IMG/VR virus record: IMGVR_UViG_3300028024_000077
Location: 8,341-72,340 of that record
Source: a virus
DNA: 64,000 bases
Strand: one strand, 5' to 3'
In this document: positions 37,142 through 45,507 of the stretch, piece by piece
How the letters are laid out: each line of letters opens with the position of its first letter
Position numbering within the stretch: the first letter of the stretch is position 1
Notes under the pieces: generated by a model
What the model saw: only the letters and a program-made list of their open reading frames with translations
The model's database searches: none
What the model was told of the DNA's origin: nothing
Made by a program: the position numbers and the translations under genes

Positions 37142-37237
37142 GACGCGATTTTAAGCCCGTACAAGCCGTCTGGAGCAAACAAGCGCCGTTCTGACGGTCT
37201 AAACCTCCAAGCCGTCTAGCAAGCTCTAAAACGCGTC
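37142..37237. repeat. ~95-bp GCCGTY-rich element, copy 2 of 3
   Basis: Ends GACGCGATTTTA / TAAAACGCGTC form an imperfect IR. Confidence 0.55.
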
Positions 37238-37255
37238 TGAAACGCTATCCAAAAC

Positions 37256-37471
37256 ATGATGCAAGCAGCAAACGACAACCCCGGCCTAGAAACCCAGATC
37301 GCCCTCGGGAAAGCATATCGAGAAGGCGTAGAAGCCGGCGCAGCCTGGTGTCAGGATCTCAAGAAAGAGCCTCCTCAAAACCCGTATCCTCCCGGAGAGC
37401 TAAACGACCGCTGGGAGGCTGGATACGTAGACGCGCTAGACGATTGGCATCACGCGCAATACGCTGACTAG
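37256..37471 (+). CDS. hypothetical protein
   Basis: AYREG..AG...NPY......W..GY pattern seen in small phage proteins. Confidence 0.65.
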   Translation: MMQAANDNPGLETQIALGKAYREGVEAGAAWCQDLKKEPPQNPYPPGELNDRWEAGYVDALDDWHHAQYAD

Positions 37472-37493
37472 AGCCAACACAAGGGGGAAGAAA

Positions 37494-37754
37494 GTGCAGA
37501 AAACCGCCATATACGCAGCAATTATCCTTGGGATCGCCATAATCCTTCATGGGGGCATCTATAGCTTCAACATGATGACGACCCAATGGGCGGTCGGCTA
37601 CAGGCTCAATAAGTTCACAGGACAGATGGCTCTTTGCAGTCCATCCAACTGCCGTTCGATAGAGGACGTGTCAGTCGGTAGTCCTCAGCTCAATACAAAT
37701 GACTTAAAGCCCATGACAAAGGAAGAGGCAGAGAAGTTTCTTGATAAACCATAG
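37494..37754 (+). CDS. membrane-anchored protein
   Basis: GTG start, N-terminal TM helix. Confidence 0.65.
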   Translation: MQKTAIYAAIILGIAIILHGGIYSFNMMTTQWAVGYRLNKFTGQMALCSPSNCRSIEDVSVGSPQLNTNDLKPMTKEEAEKFLDKP

Positions 37755-38099
37755 AGGCATAGAGTGTTGGAGAGTGAACGTAGAGCGTTAGACGTTGGGT
37801 GTTTAGGGTTAGGGGTTAGGGAGTGGGTGTTTGGAGAGTTTCTCTATAAGAAATTCCGAATGCGATGCTGACCCAGTAAAAATCACTCCTCCAAACCAGG
37901 CCCGCCAAGGCCGTGGCAGGAGTCCTGCCCTATCAGGCCACCTACCAACAGCCAACACTCCCACACCAAAACGTCCCTCATTCCACGCGTCTCTGGCAAA
38001 ATATCAGGCCAGTTAACTCCCAAATTTCAACCCCAGTAAACAAACATTAACGTCTCTCTTGTGCAGCGATGACGCACACAATTGACGGAGAGACGAGCG

Positions 38100-38351
38100 A
38101 TGACCAATCGCGTTCAGATTGTCGAGATGACGGTGGGAAATATTCGGGCGGTTCTTGAACAGATCCAGCCCGGCTTGCGCTATCAGGTCATCGTCTATTG
38201 GGATGGGAAGATAGGGTTTCGAGGTGATCCGGTTGACTATCAGACCGCGACCACCGCGATGACCAGGATGCTTTCCAGCTCTCTCCAGAAGCTCACGGTC
38301 GCCGAGGTAGACATGACCCGGCGAGGTGAGAAAGTGGCTCACGCGGCATAG
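38100..38351 (+). CDS. hypothetical protein
   Basis: GGAGAG SD before ATG 38100. Confidence 0.7.
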   Translation: MTNRVQIVEMTVGNIRAVLEQIQPGLRYQVIVYWDGKIGFRGDPVDYQTATTAMTRMLSSSLQKLTVAEVDMTRRGEKVAHAA

Positions 38352-38372
38352 AGTAGCTCCGAACACCCAACT

Positions 38373-38411
38373 TGCCCTGGCGGCTTCCCAATGCTGCCAG
38401 GGCATCTTTTT
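38373..38411 (+). terminator. intrinsic terminator
   Basis: TGCCCTGGCGGC/GCTGCCAGGGCA 12-bp stem then TCTTTTT. Confidence 0.8.
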
Positions 38412-38430
38412 GGTTGCCGTCTATCCGATG

Positions 38431-38611
38431 CCATGGCGATCCCTATCAGCCCCGGCCCGGCCAATCCTAGCCATGGGCTTTCCATGGGGAATGAATGGCT
38501 GGAAATCCAGACTATTACGAGCCGCCATGGCTCTATCCATGGCGCTGCCTATACAGACTTCCATGGCAGATCCTTGGGCCAACCAAGGCGCCCAGCCATG
38601 GATTGCCATGG
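38431..38611. repeat. CCATGG array A
   Basis: 8 CCATGG + 2 CCWWGG in 181 bp. Confidence 0.85.
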
Positions 38612-38722
38612 TCTTGGCAAAAGTAAGCGCCAGCTTATTACCAACTTTCAATGCCACAGGGAGCTTGCGACTATCAAATCGTCAGAGGGGATCAACCCTC
38701 GACATCTAGAAGGAGCTAGACA

Positions 38723-39262
38723 ATGGATATTGCACAGTTTCAGGCGTTGATTGGCGAAACCCTCGATAAGCGCGTTGCCGCCTGTCGCGCCGAGGAAAAC
38801 GAGTCCCAGGCCCGCAAGTGGGAGCGCGAGCGCGCGTTTCTGACACAGACGGCCTATGCCACCTATCTCATGGAGAGCAAGTTTGACCTCTCGCTCTTCG
38901 ACACGATGGCGATCTACGTCGCCGAGAAAGTCCGCAAGATCGTCGGCATGATGGCGGGCAAGAGCCGCGTGGACAACTATACGCCGGTGATCATTGGGAA
39001 CGCCAAGGCGTGCGAGAAGAAAAAGATGGAATTCACGAGCGCGCTTCAAGAGGCATCGCTCTCGAAAGCCAAGGAGGTCGAGAACGCCCACAAGCTCCCC
39101 AAGCGCCTTTCCTGCACGGTCGGCACTGCCAACAGCCAGGCGTCGAGTTCCCGCCTTGCCATGAAGATCATGGGTATGGCTCACGAGGAAAAGGCAGAGG
39201 GTGGTGATCGCCACCTGGTCATGAATTGGGAGAGCCCGATCCTCCAGAAGATCGCCGCCTAA
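38723..39262 (+). CDS. putative winged-helix protein (paralogue 2 of 3)
   Basis: GGAGCTAGACA leader; DNYTPVII, VGTANSQAS. Confidence 0.8.
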   Translation: MDIAQFQALIGETLDKRVAACRAEENESQARKWERERAFLTQTAYATYLMESKFDLSLFDTMAIYVAEKVRKIVGMMAGKSRVDNYTPVIIGNAKACEKKKMEFTSALQEASLSKAKEVENAHKLPKRLSCTVGTANSQASSSRLAMKIMGMAHEEKAEGGDRHLVMNWESPILQKIAA

Positions 39263-39405
39263 CGGGATAGGGGAGGGCCAAGCTCTCCCCAATTCCCACC
39301 ACCAGGCGCCATGGCGTGCAGGAAAAATAAGCTTCCACTTACTTTTTCTTTGCAACGCCAACTGGGATCTCGCATTCTGCTCTGACAATAAAAACGGAGC
39401 TAGAC

Positions 39406-39963
39406 ATGGCTAACACCCTGCATAAATTCACCCCCGAGCAACGCGACGCCCTCCTCGCGGCTCTGCGTTACTACCAACTGGGCTGCCAGCACGATCCCGA
39501 CCACCGGGGCGATGATATCGCGGATATCGCCACCAATGGCGGCGCCCATAGCGGCTTGGGCTATGATGAAATAGATGGTCTCTGTGAGGACATCAACTGC
39601 ACTGGCGGGGCGCAGCTTTTGATCTCGTTGGAAGGCGGGCTCGTGTCGGCCGTCGTCTCCCGCGACCAAGCGCTCCTTGGGTTGGACGTGCTGGTGGTGG
39701 ATTACGACGCAACCGCCGAGGAAACCCAGGACGTTTTCGTCCAGCAGAGCGATGGTGAAGCCCCGGATGTCTACGCGTATTGGACAGGGGTTGAACGCCA
39801 AACCATCACCATCCTTGAGGATCACGTCCAGTGCAGGTCTTGCGTCGCCGTGACGCCAAAGAGCGAAACCATCGAGGATGACGGCCACTATTACTGCCAC
39901 GAATGCCATGAGGACGTGGTGAAGTTCGAAGCCTCGGAAGAGGTAAACGTCGCGGCGTCGTAA
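39406..39963 (+). CDS. hypothetical protein with C-terminal zinc ribbon
   Basis: GGAGCTAGAC leader; CRSC, CHEC. Confidence 0.75.
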   Translation: MANTLHKFTPEQRDALLAALRYYQLGCQHDPDHRGDDIADIATNGGAHSGLGYDEIDGLCEDINCTGGAQLLISLEGGLVSAVVSRDQALLGLDVLVVDYDATAEETQDVFVQQSDGEAPDVYAYWTGVERQTITILEDHVQCRSCVAVTPKSETIEDDGHYYCHECHEDVVKFEASEEVNVAAS

Positions 39964-40330
39964 AGCCCAATGTGCAACGCCTAACATGATCAGCGATCAT
40001 GATCATGTCGAAACGGAAAACGCGCTTCGGGCGCTAACGCAATACGAACAAAGGAGGTGACCAATGCCCGACAAGTAGACCCAGCGCCGGGTTACTAGCC
40101 TGGCCCGGCGCTGGTCCATAGTGGCCCAATCTCATGCCACGGCCGAGGGCCTGATTTAAGGCGCACAATGCGCTTAGGGAAAGCATCGAATAATTATCGG
40201 ACATATGAGCCGGTCTAAGAGCTATCCCAACTGATCCCGTAAGGGCGCCAGGAAGCAATGGCGTAAACTATGCGAGCGGCTGCCGGCTGAATGGCGCGCG
40301 ACGGTTGGCGTTATGAAACCGGGACTTAAA

Positions 40331-40355
40331 GGCGGGGCATTGATCCCGCCTTTCT
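40331..40355 (+). terminator. intrinsic terminator
   Basis: GGCGGG-GCATTGAT-CCCGCC then TTTCT. Confidence 0.6.
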
Positions 40356-40370
40356 CCTGACATGATCAAT

Positions 40371-40419
40371 TCCATGGAGTCCAGTCCATGGAGGCCAGGC
40401 CATAGTCCATGAAGTCCAG
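40371..40419. repeat. CCATGG array B (three 14-mers)
   Basis: TCCATGRAGKCCAG at 40371, 40385, 40406. Confidence 0.75.
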
Positions 40420-40482
40420 GCCAGGGGCACAAGCGAGCTGAGAAACACTCATTGCAATGATCATCTTGGAACGCACGCGGTA

Positions 40483-40583
40483 GACGTGATTTTAGCGCGC
40501 TCTGAGCCGTTTCCAAGATCGAGCCGTCTCTCTGACGCTTGAACGAGAGACGGCGCTCTAGCGCGCTTAAAAACGGCTTTCCA
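40483..40583. repeat. ~95-bp GCCGTY-rich element, copy 3 of 3
   Basis: GCCGTCTCTC/GAGAGACGGC 10-bp IR; shares AGACGGCGCTCTAG..TAAAAACGG with copy 1. Confidence 0.7.
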
Positions 40584-40690
40584 CAAACGGATCGGAGAAG
40601 AGAGTAGGGGAGAGATCCCCTATTTGTATCCCCTACGATCGCTCGTCACTGTGATCTCACGAGAGAGACACACAACAAGGGGTCAACAAC

Positions 40691-40789
40691 ATGGGGAAGA
40701 TCAAGAATGCAGTGAGTAACGGCATCTATGGCACGGCCGGCGCGGTGGCAGCTTTCATAACTCTTTTCTGCCTGTTCTCACCCACCTGA
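40691..40789 (+). CDS. 32-aa hydrophobic peptide (type I toxin-like), not in track
   Basis: AAGGGG SD; MGKIKNAVSNGIYGTAGAVAAFITLFCLFSPT; own terminator. Confidence 0.55.
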   Translation: MGKIKNAVSNGIYGTAGAVAAFITLFCLFSPT

Positions 40790-40822
40790 ATTTCAGCAGC
40801 CAGATAAGCGCGGCCCAACTTG

Positions 40823-40857
40823 ACCCCGGATGGTGAAAGCCCTCCGGGGTTTTCTTT
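40823..40857 (+). terminator. intrinsic terminator
   Basis: ACCCCGGA/TCCGGGGT stem then TTTCTTT. Confidence 0.7.
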
Positions 40858-40870
40858 GGTTGGGCGTGAT

Positions 40871-41167
40871 CCATGGACGCGCCATGGAATGGGTTTGGAT
40901 CTGCCATGGGTGCGCCATGGTGAATGGCTTGAAATGCAGATTGGTTTGGGTAAGGCCCTGGCCCTGTATATGGCTCGATCCGCAGACTAGGAGGTTTTCG
41001 TTGGCTCCCGCCATGGGAGGGGTGTGGCATCCATGCCAGGGGTGTGGTTGGCCCGCCACATGGCGGAAAAGTCACAGGTGGAAAAGTTGCGTGGATCAAC
41101 GTTGGCACGCAAGAAAATTGGAATGCCAACGTGGGAATTCCAACTTTCTTTCGCGTCAATTCCATGG
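40871..41167. repeat. CCATGG array C
   Basis: CCATGG at 40871, 40882, 40904, 40915, 41011, 41162. Confidence 0.8.
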
Positions 41168-41262
41168 CGGATGCGGATCATCCTCACCAGCCAAGCCGTG
41201 TCCGCCCCGCCACACACCGCCGAGCCATGCGAAAGCGCGACGCCTTCCGACGCCGCGCTCAA

Positions 41263-41280
41263 TAAGTCACGCCTGACTTA
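41263..41280. promoter_or_regulatory. 18-bp operator-like site
   Basis: TAAGTCA-CGCC-TGACTTA, perfect arms. Confidence 0.85.
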
Positions 41281-41493
41281 TTAATTCGTCGCCAAGCGAC
41301 GCAAGCGCGCTTTGTGTTCTGCGCGCCGTTCCTTGTCGCGCATCCGCTCCCGCTGCCGAGCACGCTTTGCGTTGCGTCGCTGGCGCGCGCTTGTCACGTT
41401 GTTCCGATCCTCAAGCGCGACGATGAAAAGCGCCGCGACGACAAGAGCGAGACAAGCCCCAGCCAGCAAAGCCTGAATTTCCCCAGCGCTCAT
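41281..41493 (-). CDS. membrane-anchored basic protein
   Basis: TM helix then Arg-rich tail; coupled to upstream ORF. Confidence 0.65.
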   Translation of the reverse strand: MSAGEIQALLAGACLALVVAALFIVALEDRNNVTSARQRRNAKRARQRERMRDKERRAEHKARLRRLATN

Positions 41494-41651
41494 TATTCGT
41501 CACTCCCGTTCTCAAACTTAACGGCTAGTTCCGTCAATTCCGTTTCGAAAGTATCGCCGTCAAGATCAGCGAAGTCCGCGTAAACCCGAGCCCGCTCCTT
41601 CAATTGACGAGCGCGCTTGCGCTGCAATGTCGTTTCTTTGTTTTCGCTCAT
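41493..41651 (-). CDS. 52-aa protein (not in track)
   Basis: GCGGAGCTAGACAAATG leader on minus strand; MSENKETTLQRKRARQ...NGSDE. Confidence 0.7.
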   Translation of the reverse strand: MSENKETTLQRKRARQLKERARVYADFADLDGDTFETELTELAVKFENGSDE

Positions 41652-41802
41652 TTGTCTAGCTCCGCTTTTCATTTCTTACTGTTGAATTCAGTAAGTGCTT
41701 ATTTATCTCATGACCGTTAAAACGCGTCAAATAAAAAAGCAGCAAAACAGAGAAAATAATTTTGCATCTTTTTTAAAAAAGCTGCGATTTAGCCCTTGCA
41801 TC

Positions 41803-41820
41803 CAAGTAAGTGCTGACTTA
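41803..41820. promoter_or_regulatory. 18-bp operator-like site in divergent promoter region (degenerate partner at 41688-41705)
   Basis: CAAGTAA-GTGC-TGACTTA. Confidence 0.75.
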
Positions 41821-41872
41821 TGTTTCTTGTGTCAGCAACGATGCTGACTAACAAAAAAGCGGAGCTAGACAA

Positions 41873-42448
41873 ATGACCAACAATCGCGAAATTCTGAAGG
41901 CCGAAATCAGCACTGCCATTGATGCTCGCATTGCTGAAAAGAAAGCGCTTCATGAAGCCGGCGCCATCGCTGACCGCGTCTTTGACGCCAACCGCACCCA
42001 CTTCACTGATCTTGCTGTGGTGCTCGCCAATGACGCTATGCTGGACACCTGCGAGCGCTTCACCCTCAACCCCGTGGTGATCGCCAAGACGCTCGCCATG
42101 AAGACCCAAGACAAAGCCATCAAGCTGATCCAGCACCTGACCAGCGAGCGCCTTTTCTCTGATCCCTACGCGACGCCGATCATTCGCAACGCCATCCCCT
42201 TCAGCAAGCGCAACGTTGCTATGTCCAACACTGATCAGTGCGCGACGCTGTGTGAAGCTGTGGAGACCGAGAACCGCGCCAAGATGAAAGAGAAGCGCGC
42301 CTATAGCAATGCGACCGCTGCGAGCCAAGCGTCGCAGGTGCGTCGCCTGCTTTCTGATCTGAACATTGGGACGGAAACAAAGGACGGCATTGTCCTTAAC
42401 ATGACCCACCCTGTCGTCGTCCACTTTGTCGAAAAGAATAAGAAGTAA
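41873..42448 (+). CDS. putative winged-helix protein (paralogue 3 of 3)
   Basis: GGAGCTAGACAA leader; DPYATPII, YSNATAASQAS. Confidence 0.8.
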   Translation: MTNNREILKAEISTAIDARIAEKKALHEAGAIADRVFDANRTHFTDLAVVLANDAMLDTCERFTLNPVVIAKTLAMKTQDKAIKLIQHLTSERLFSDPYATPIIRNAIPFSKRNVAMSNTDQCATLCEAVETENRAKMKEKRAYSNATAASQASQVRRLLSDLNIGTETKDGIVLNMTHPVVVHFVEKNKK

Positions 42449-42460
42449 GGACTTACCTAT

Positions 42461-42491
42461 GTGCGATGCAGCAACCAACGCTGCATCGCAC
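42461..42491 (+). terminator. strong hairpin after paralogue 3
   Basis: GTGCGATGCAGC/GCTGCATCGCAC perfect 12-bp stem; no U tract. Confidence 0.55.
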
Positions 42492-42730
42492 CAATCTTAA
42501 GAGAAGTTAAAGTCCTAGAGAAAATTCCTCGACCCGAGGGGGATGCCGCCTGTGTCGCCACCCCGGAACGGAAACTCCCTTATATTAGCGGCATCCCTGC
42601 CATCTTCCCCTTATATCAGCGGGCAAAACATCAAATGCAGGCGGGCGATCGGTATAACCGCTATGGTAGCAAGGCTCTTTCTTATATCGCCATCGCCGGC
42701 TAGGATTGTTGGATTAGGGGGAGAGTTCTC

Positions 42731-43120
42731 ATGGGGAAAAGTCGATTTGTTTTAACGCTCTACGGGATTGTGGCGGCGATAGCTGGCCTCACCTTCATCG
42801 CGATCGGGATATCGATGCTCGCGGGCATAGGTGTTCTCGGTCACGACATGCTTGTATGGGCGCAAACAGGCACTTGGCGTTCGATGACGATCGCCGATGG
42901 GTTTGCGGAAATCGGCCCGGTCATTCCCAACTTGCACACCGGCTGGATCGGTATAGATCAGCTGATCAATGATCAGATCGCGTTGGGCCGTCTCTGGGTC
43001 TTTTTCTTTTTCTGGCTACCCATCGGCATAAGTGCAGCCTCTCTGATGCTCGGCGCTCTCGTCAAAGATTTCGCCAAGGATATAGAGCGGAAACAACAGC
43101 GTATAGTGCGAGGTGGTTGA
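42731..43120 (+). CDS. membrane protein
   Basis: Two long hydrophobic segments. Confidence 0.75.
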   Translation: MGKSRFVLTLYGIVAAIAGLTFIAIGISMLAGIGVLGHDMLVWAQTGTWRSMTIADGFAEIGPVIPNLHTGWIGIDQLINDQIALGRLWVFFFFWLPIGISAASLMLGALVKDFAKDIERKQQRIVRGG

Positions 43121-43322
43121 GCAAATGGAAGTCGGCGATCAGGTCAAATACAATCCGGGCTTACAGCGTTCCGCGTTACCCGAGCGACGCAACAAGCAAG
43201 GCACTGTCATTCGCGTATGGAAATATCCCACGAATATCGTTCGCCTGAACGTGCGCTTTGGCGAGAACGATGTTGATGAGGGCGTCTCCGCGACCGAGTT
43301 CATGTCGTGGGGCGACCAATGA
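43113..43322 (+). CDS. small beta-rich (SH3/KOW-like) protein
   Basis: VGDQVKY...GTVIRV...VRF. Confidence 0.6.
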   Translation: MVEQMEVGDQVKYNPGLQRSALPERRNKQGTVIRVWKYPTNIVRLNVRFGENDVDEGVSATEFMSWGDQ

Positions 43323-43777
43323 TGACCGTCAAAGAGACAAAGTCGGTCGAGACGCTCCTCACTTGGCTTCAGTCAGTGACAGTTGGGCTCGTACCTCTTC
43401 TGGTCGCTCTGACCGATTTGCAGCCGCTGACCAAGATAATCCTTGCCACCGTATGGCTCAGCTTTCATTGGACGGTGCAATTGATCGCCTGTGCCATTCA
43501 GCAAGTATATGTGACCACCTATCAGGCACAGCACTACGAGCGGATCACGAGCCTAGCACTCCTCTTGAAGTTCGAGAATGAAAAGGAGGTGGGAGAGCAA
43601 ATGGCGAAGAACGCTAAAACGCAGAAGTTCCAGGACATAGCCGATCTGACCGACCCGACGCCGTTCTATTTCGCGGTCTACCAGTGCGCCATCTACTTGG
43701 TGTTTGCGGTGTTGTTCTTCCTGATCATGGCCTATAGCCACGAGATCCTCTTATACCTGCGCGGAACGGAGGGGTGA
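43319..43777 (+). CDS. multi-pass membrane protein
   Basis: Three hydrophobic helices. Confidence 0.75.
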   Translation: MMTVKETKSVETLLTWLQSVTVGLVPLLVALTDLQPLTKIILATVWLSFHWTVQLIACAIQQVYVTTYQAQHYERITSLALLLKFENEKEVGEQMAKNAKTQKFQDIADLTDPTPFYFAVYQCAIYLVFAVLFFLIMAYSHEILLYLRGTEG

Positions 43778-43801
43778 TCATCGCGATCGCCGGCGTCGCT
43801 T

Positions 43802-44131
43802 ATGAGTAGCTGGATGAATCTTGACCAGCTCGTAGGCTGTCCAGGTAAGGTAACGATCGAAGGTGGGATGCCAACGCCCTCCCTCAGCTTCAAAGACGCG
43901 ATATACCGATCCGCCGGTGGGCAGCTTCATCTTGAGGTTTATGCCCCACTTGGCGCGAGCCTCGGCGGGCGTGAGCTTAGTTTTCGTCTCGCCTTAACAG
44001 GCGTAGTCATCGGACCCTGCAGATATCCTCAATTGTCAGCAGTTGCGCTCGCCGATTTACTGGGACAGATTCGCTATTCAGAAGCTGAAGTCGAAGTTCT
44101 GCGATCAAAGGTGCCCTATCGAACAGTATAA
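43802..44131 (+). CDS. hypothetical protein
   Basis: ATG ORF, weak SD. Confidence 0.5.
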   Translation: MSSWMNLDQLVGCPGKVTIEGGMPTPSLSFKDAIYRSAGGQLHLEVYAPLGASLGGRELSFRLALTGVVIGPCRYPQLSAVALADLLGQIRYSEAEVEVLRSKVPYRTV

Positions 44132-44423
44132 GGTTGCAGCGGAGATTGCCCGAACCGACCAGACAGGAATATGTAGCGCGCAATTGAGCTTTTTTTCTCG
44201 TTCTACTCCGAGTCAATGACGACATTCCCCTGATGTTTCGTCAAAATAGCAAACACTTTGCACATCAGCGCAATAACTTCGTGAGTTAGGGGGGGATGTC
44301 GCGAGGCCCAGATGGTCATTCCTTCGGTAGAGCAAGTCAAAGCCCTGGCTTTGACACGTGCCCATATCACCGAGAGTCGGCCGTACGAATGATTTTGTTC
44401 ACACCGCCAGTGGAGTGTTCAAG

Positions 44424-44645
44424 ATGCCAGAAAAATCCAAAGACAACCGGCCGATCGAGGGTGTGACGGCATATGGGGATGTCAAGCTGTTGAAAGCAGG
44501 CGATCCCGATTTCGCTGCGTGCCTTTGCCCCTATTCAGACGGAACATGCGGCAGTCTCAATGACCGAGGGTGCGATTCATTTCACCAAGAGGTGCAATGC
44601 GGCAGCAATGGTTGGTTCAGAACGGGGGGGGTCTGCCCCCACTGA
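44424..44645 (+). CDS. small Cys-rich protein
   Basis: GGAG SD; six Cys in 73 aa. Confidence 0.5.
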   Translation: MPEKSKDNRPIEGVTAYGDVKLLKAGDPDFAACLCPYSDGTCGSLNDRGCDSFHQEVQCGSNGWFRTGGVCPH

Positions 44646-44850
44646 CGGCGGCTGGCGCCCCCGTATTCTTGCGGGCGATTTCCTGCGCCCTTTGGGCGGC
44701 TGCTTGTTCAATCGCTTCGACCCGCTGCCGGGCGCTTTCAGACGGCACACCGATCATCGCCGCTCCAGCACAGGTGAGGTCGCCGAGCAGCACAGCATGC
44801 TCGCCGAGAGCGCCCTTGCGTGGATCGGGAGTGACAGTAGCGAAACTCAT
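44617..44850 (-). CDS. hypothetical protein
   Basis: ATGA overlap with upstream gene. Confidence 0.55.
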   Translation of the reverse strand: MSFATVTPDPRKGALGEHAVLLGDLTCAGAAMIGVPSESARQRVEAIEQAAAQRAQEIARKNTGAPAAVSGGRPPPF

Positions 44851-45050
44851 AGCTTCTCCCATGGTTTGATCTTGGCTTCGTCCTTGACGATGCGCTTGGC
44901 CTCGTCCTTGGACTTGTGCTCGACGTGGATCAGGTAGCGCAGGCGATCTGCCGTCCACCTGATCTCGGATTCGGAAAGACCGCTCAACCACGCCATGAGC
45001 TTGACGCCGTTGAAGGTCTTTCCGTCCGGGTTGCGGAAGAGGTCAGTCAT
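44847..45050 (-). CDS. hypothetical protein
   Basis: In leftward operon. Confidence 0.7.
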   Translation of the reverse strand: MTDLFRNPDGKTFNGVKLMAWLSGLSESEIRWTADRLRYLIHVEHKSKDEAKRIVKDEAKIKPWEKL

Positions 45051-45507
45051 GCGGCTGAGTGCGTTTCTCGTAGATCACGTAGAGGACGATCACCACGAGA
45101 AAGGCCCAGGCGCCGGCCTCGCTAATGATGAGCGCGTGCGTGAACGTCAGCGGGTTGGGCTGATGCTGCGACCAGAGAAACCCGCAGGCTGCGAGCACGA
45201 TGCCGCCGCTCGTCGTTGCGAGCAGCGCGCCGAGTAGCGCCCACCAGTCGATGCCGAGGTTGGTTAGCCGGTCTTCCAGCCAGGTCTGAACCATGTTGCC
45301 CACGACATATCCGACAGCCAATGCCCAGACGCCGGCGACCGACCACCACATGCACTGACTGAAATGCCAGTCGCCGGTTGTGTGGAAGAGGATCAGAGAG
45401 AGAACCAGACCGACAAGAGCGCCGGCGGCTGTTACCAGCGCGCCGATGCCCAAGAAGGCGAGGTAGATGATCGGCTTGATATCGACATCCACCATGACCG
45501 GCGTCAC
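45043..45507 (-). CDS. four-helix membrane protein
   Basis: Four hydrophobic segments. Confidence 0.75.
   Translation of the reverse strand: MTPVMVDVDIKPIIYLAFLGIGALVTAAGALVGLVLSLILFHTTGDWHFSQCMWWSVAGVWALAVGYVVGNMVQTWLEDRLTNLGIDWWALLGALLATTSGGIVLAACGFLWSQHQPNPLTFTHALIISEAGAWAFLVVIVLYVIYEKRTQPHD

Noticed and set aside
37222-37232. Reverse complement reads GTTTTAGAGCT, like the start of a type II-A CRISPR repeat
   Set aside because: Only 11 nt, single copy, no array or cas genes; it is part of the local palindromic element
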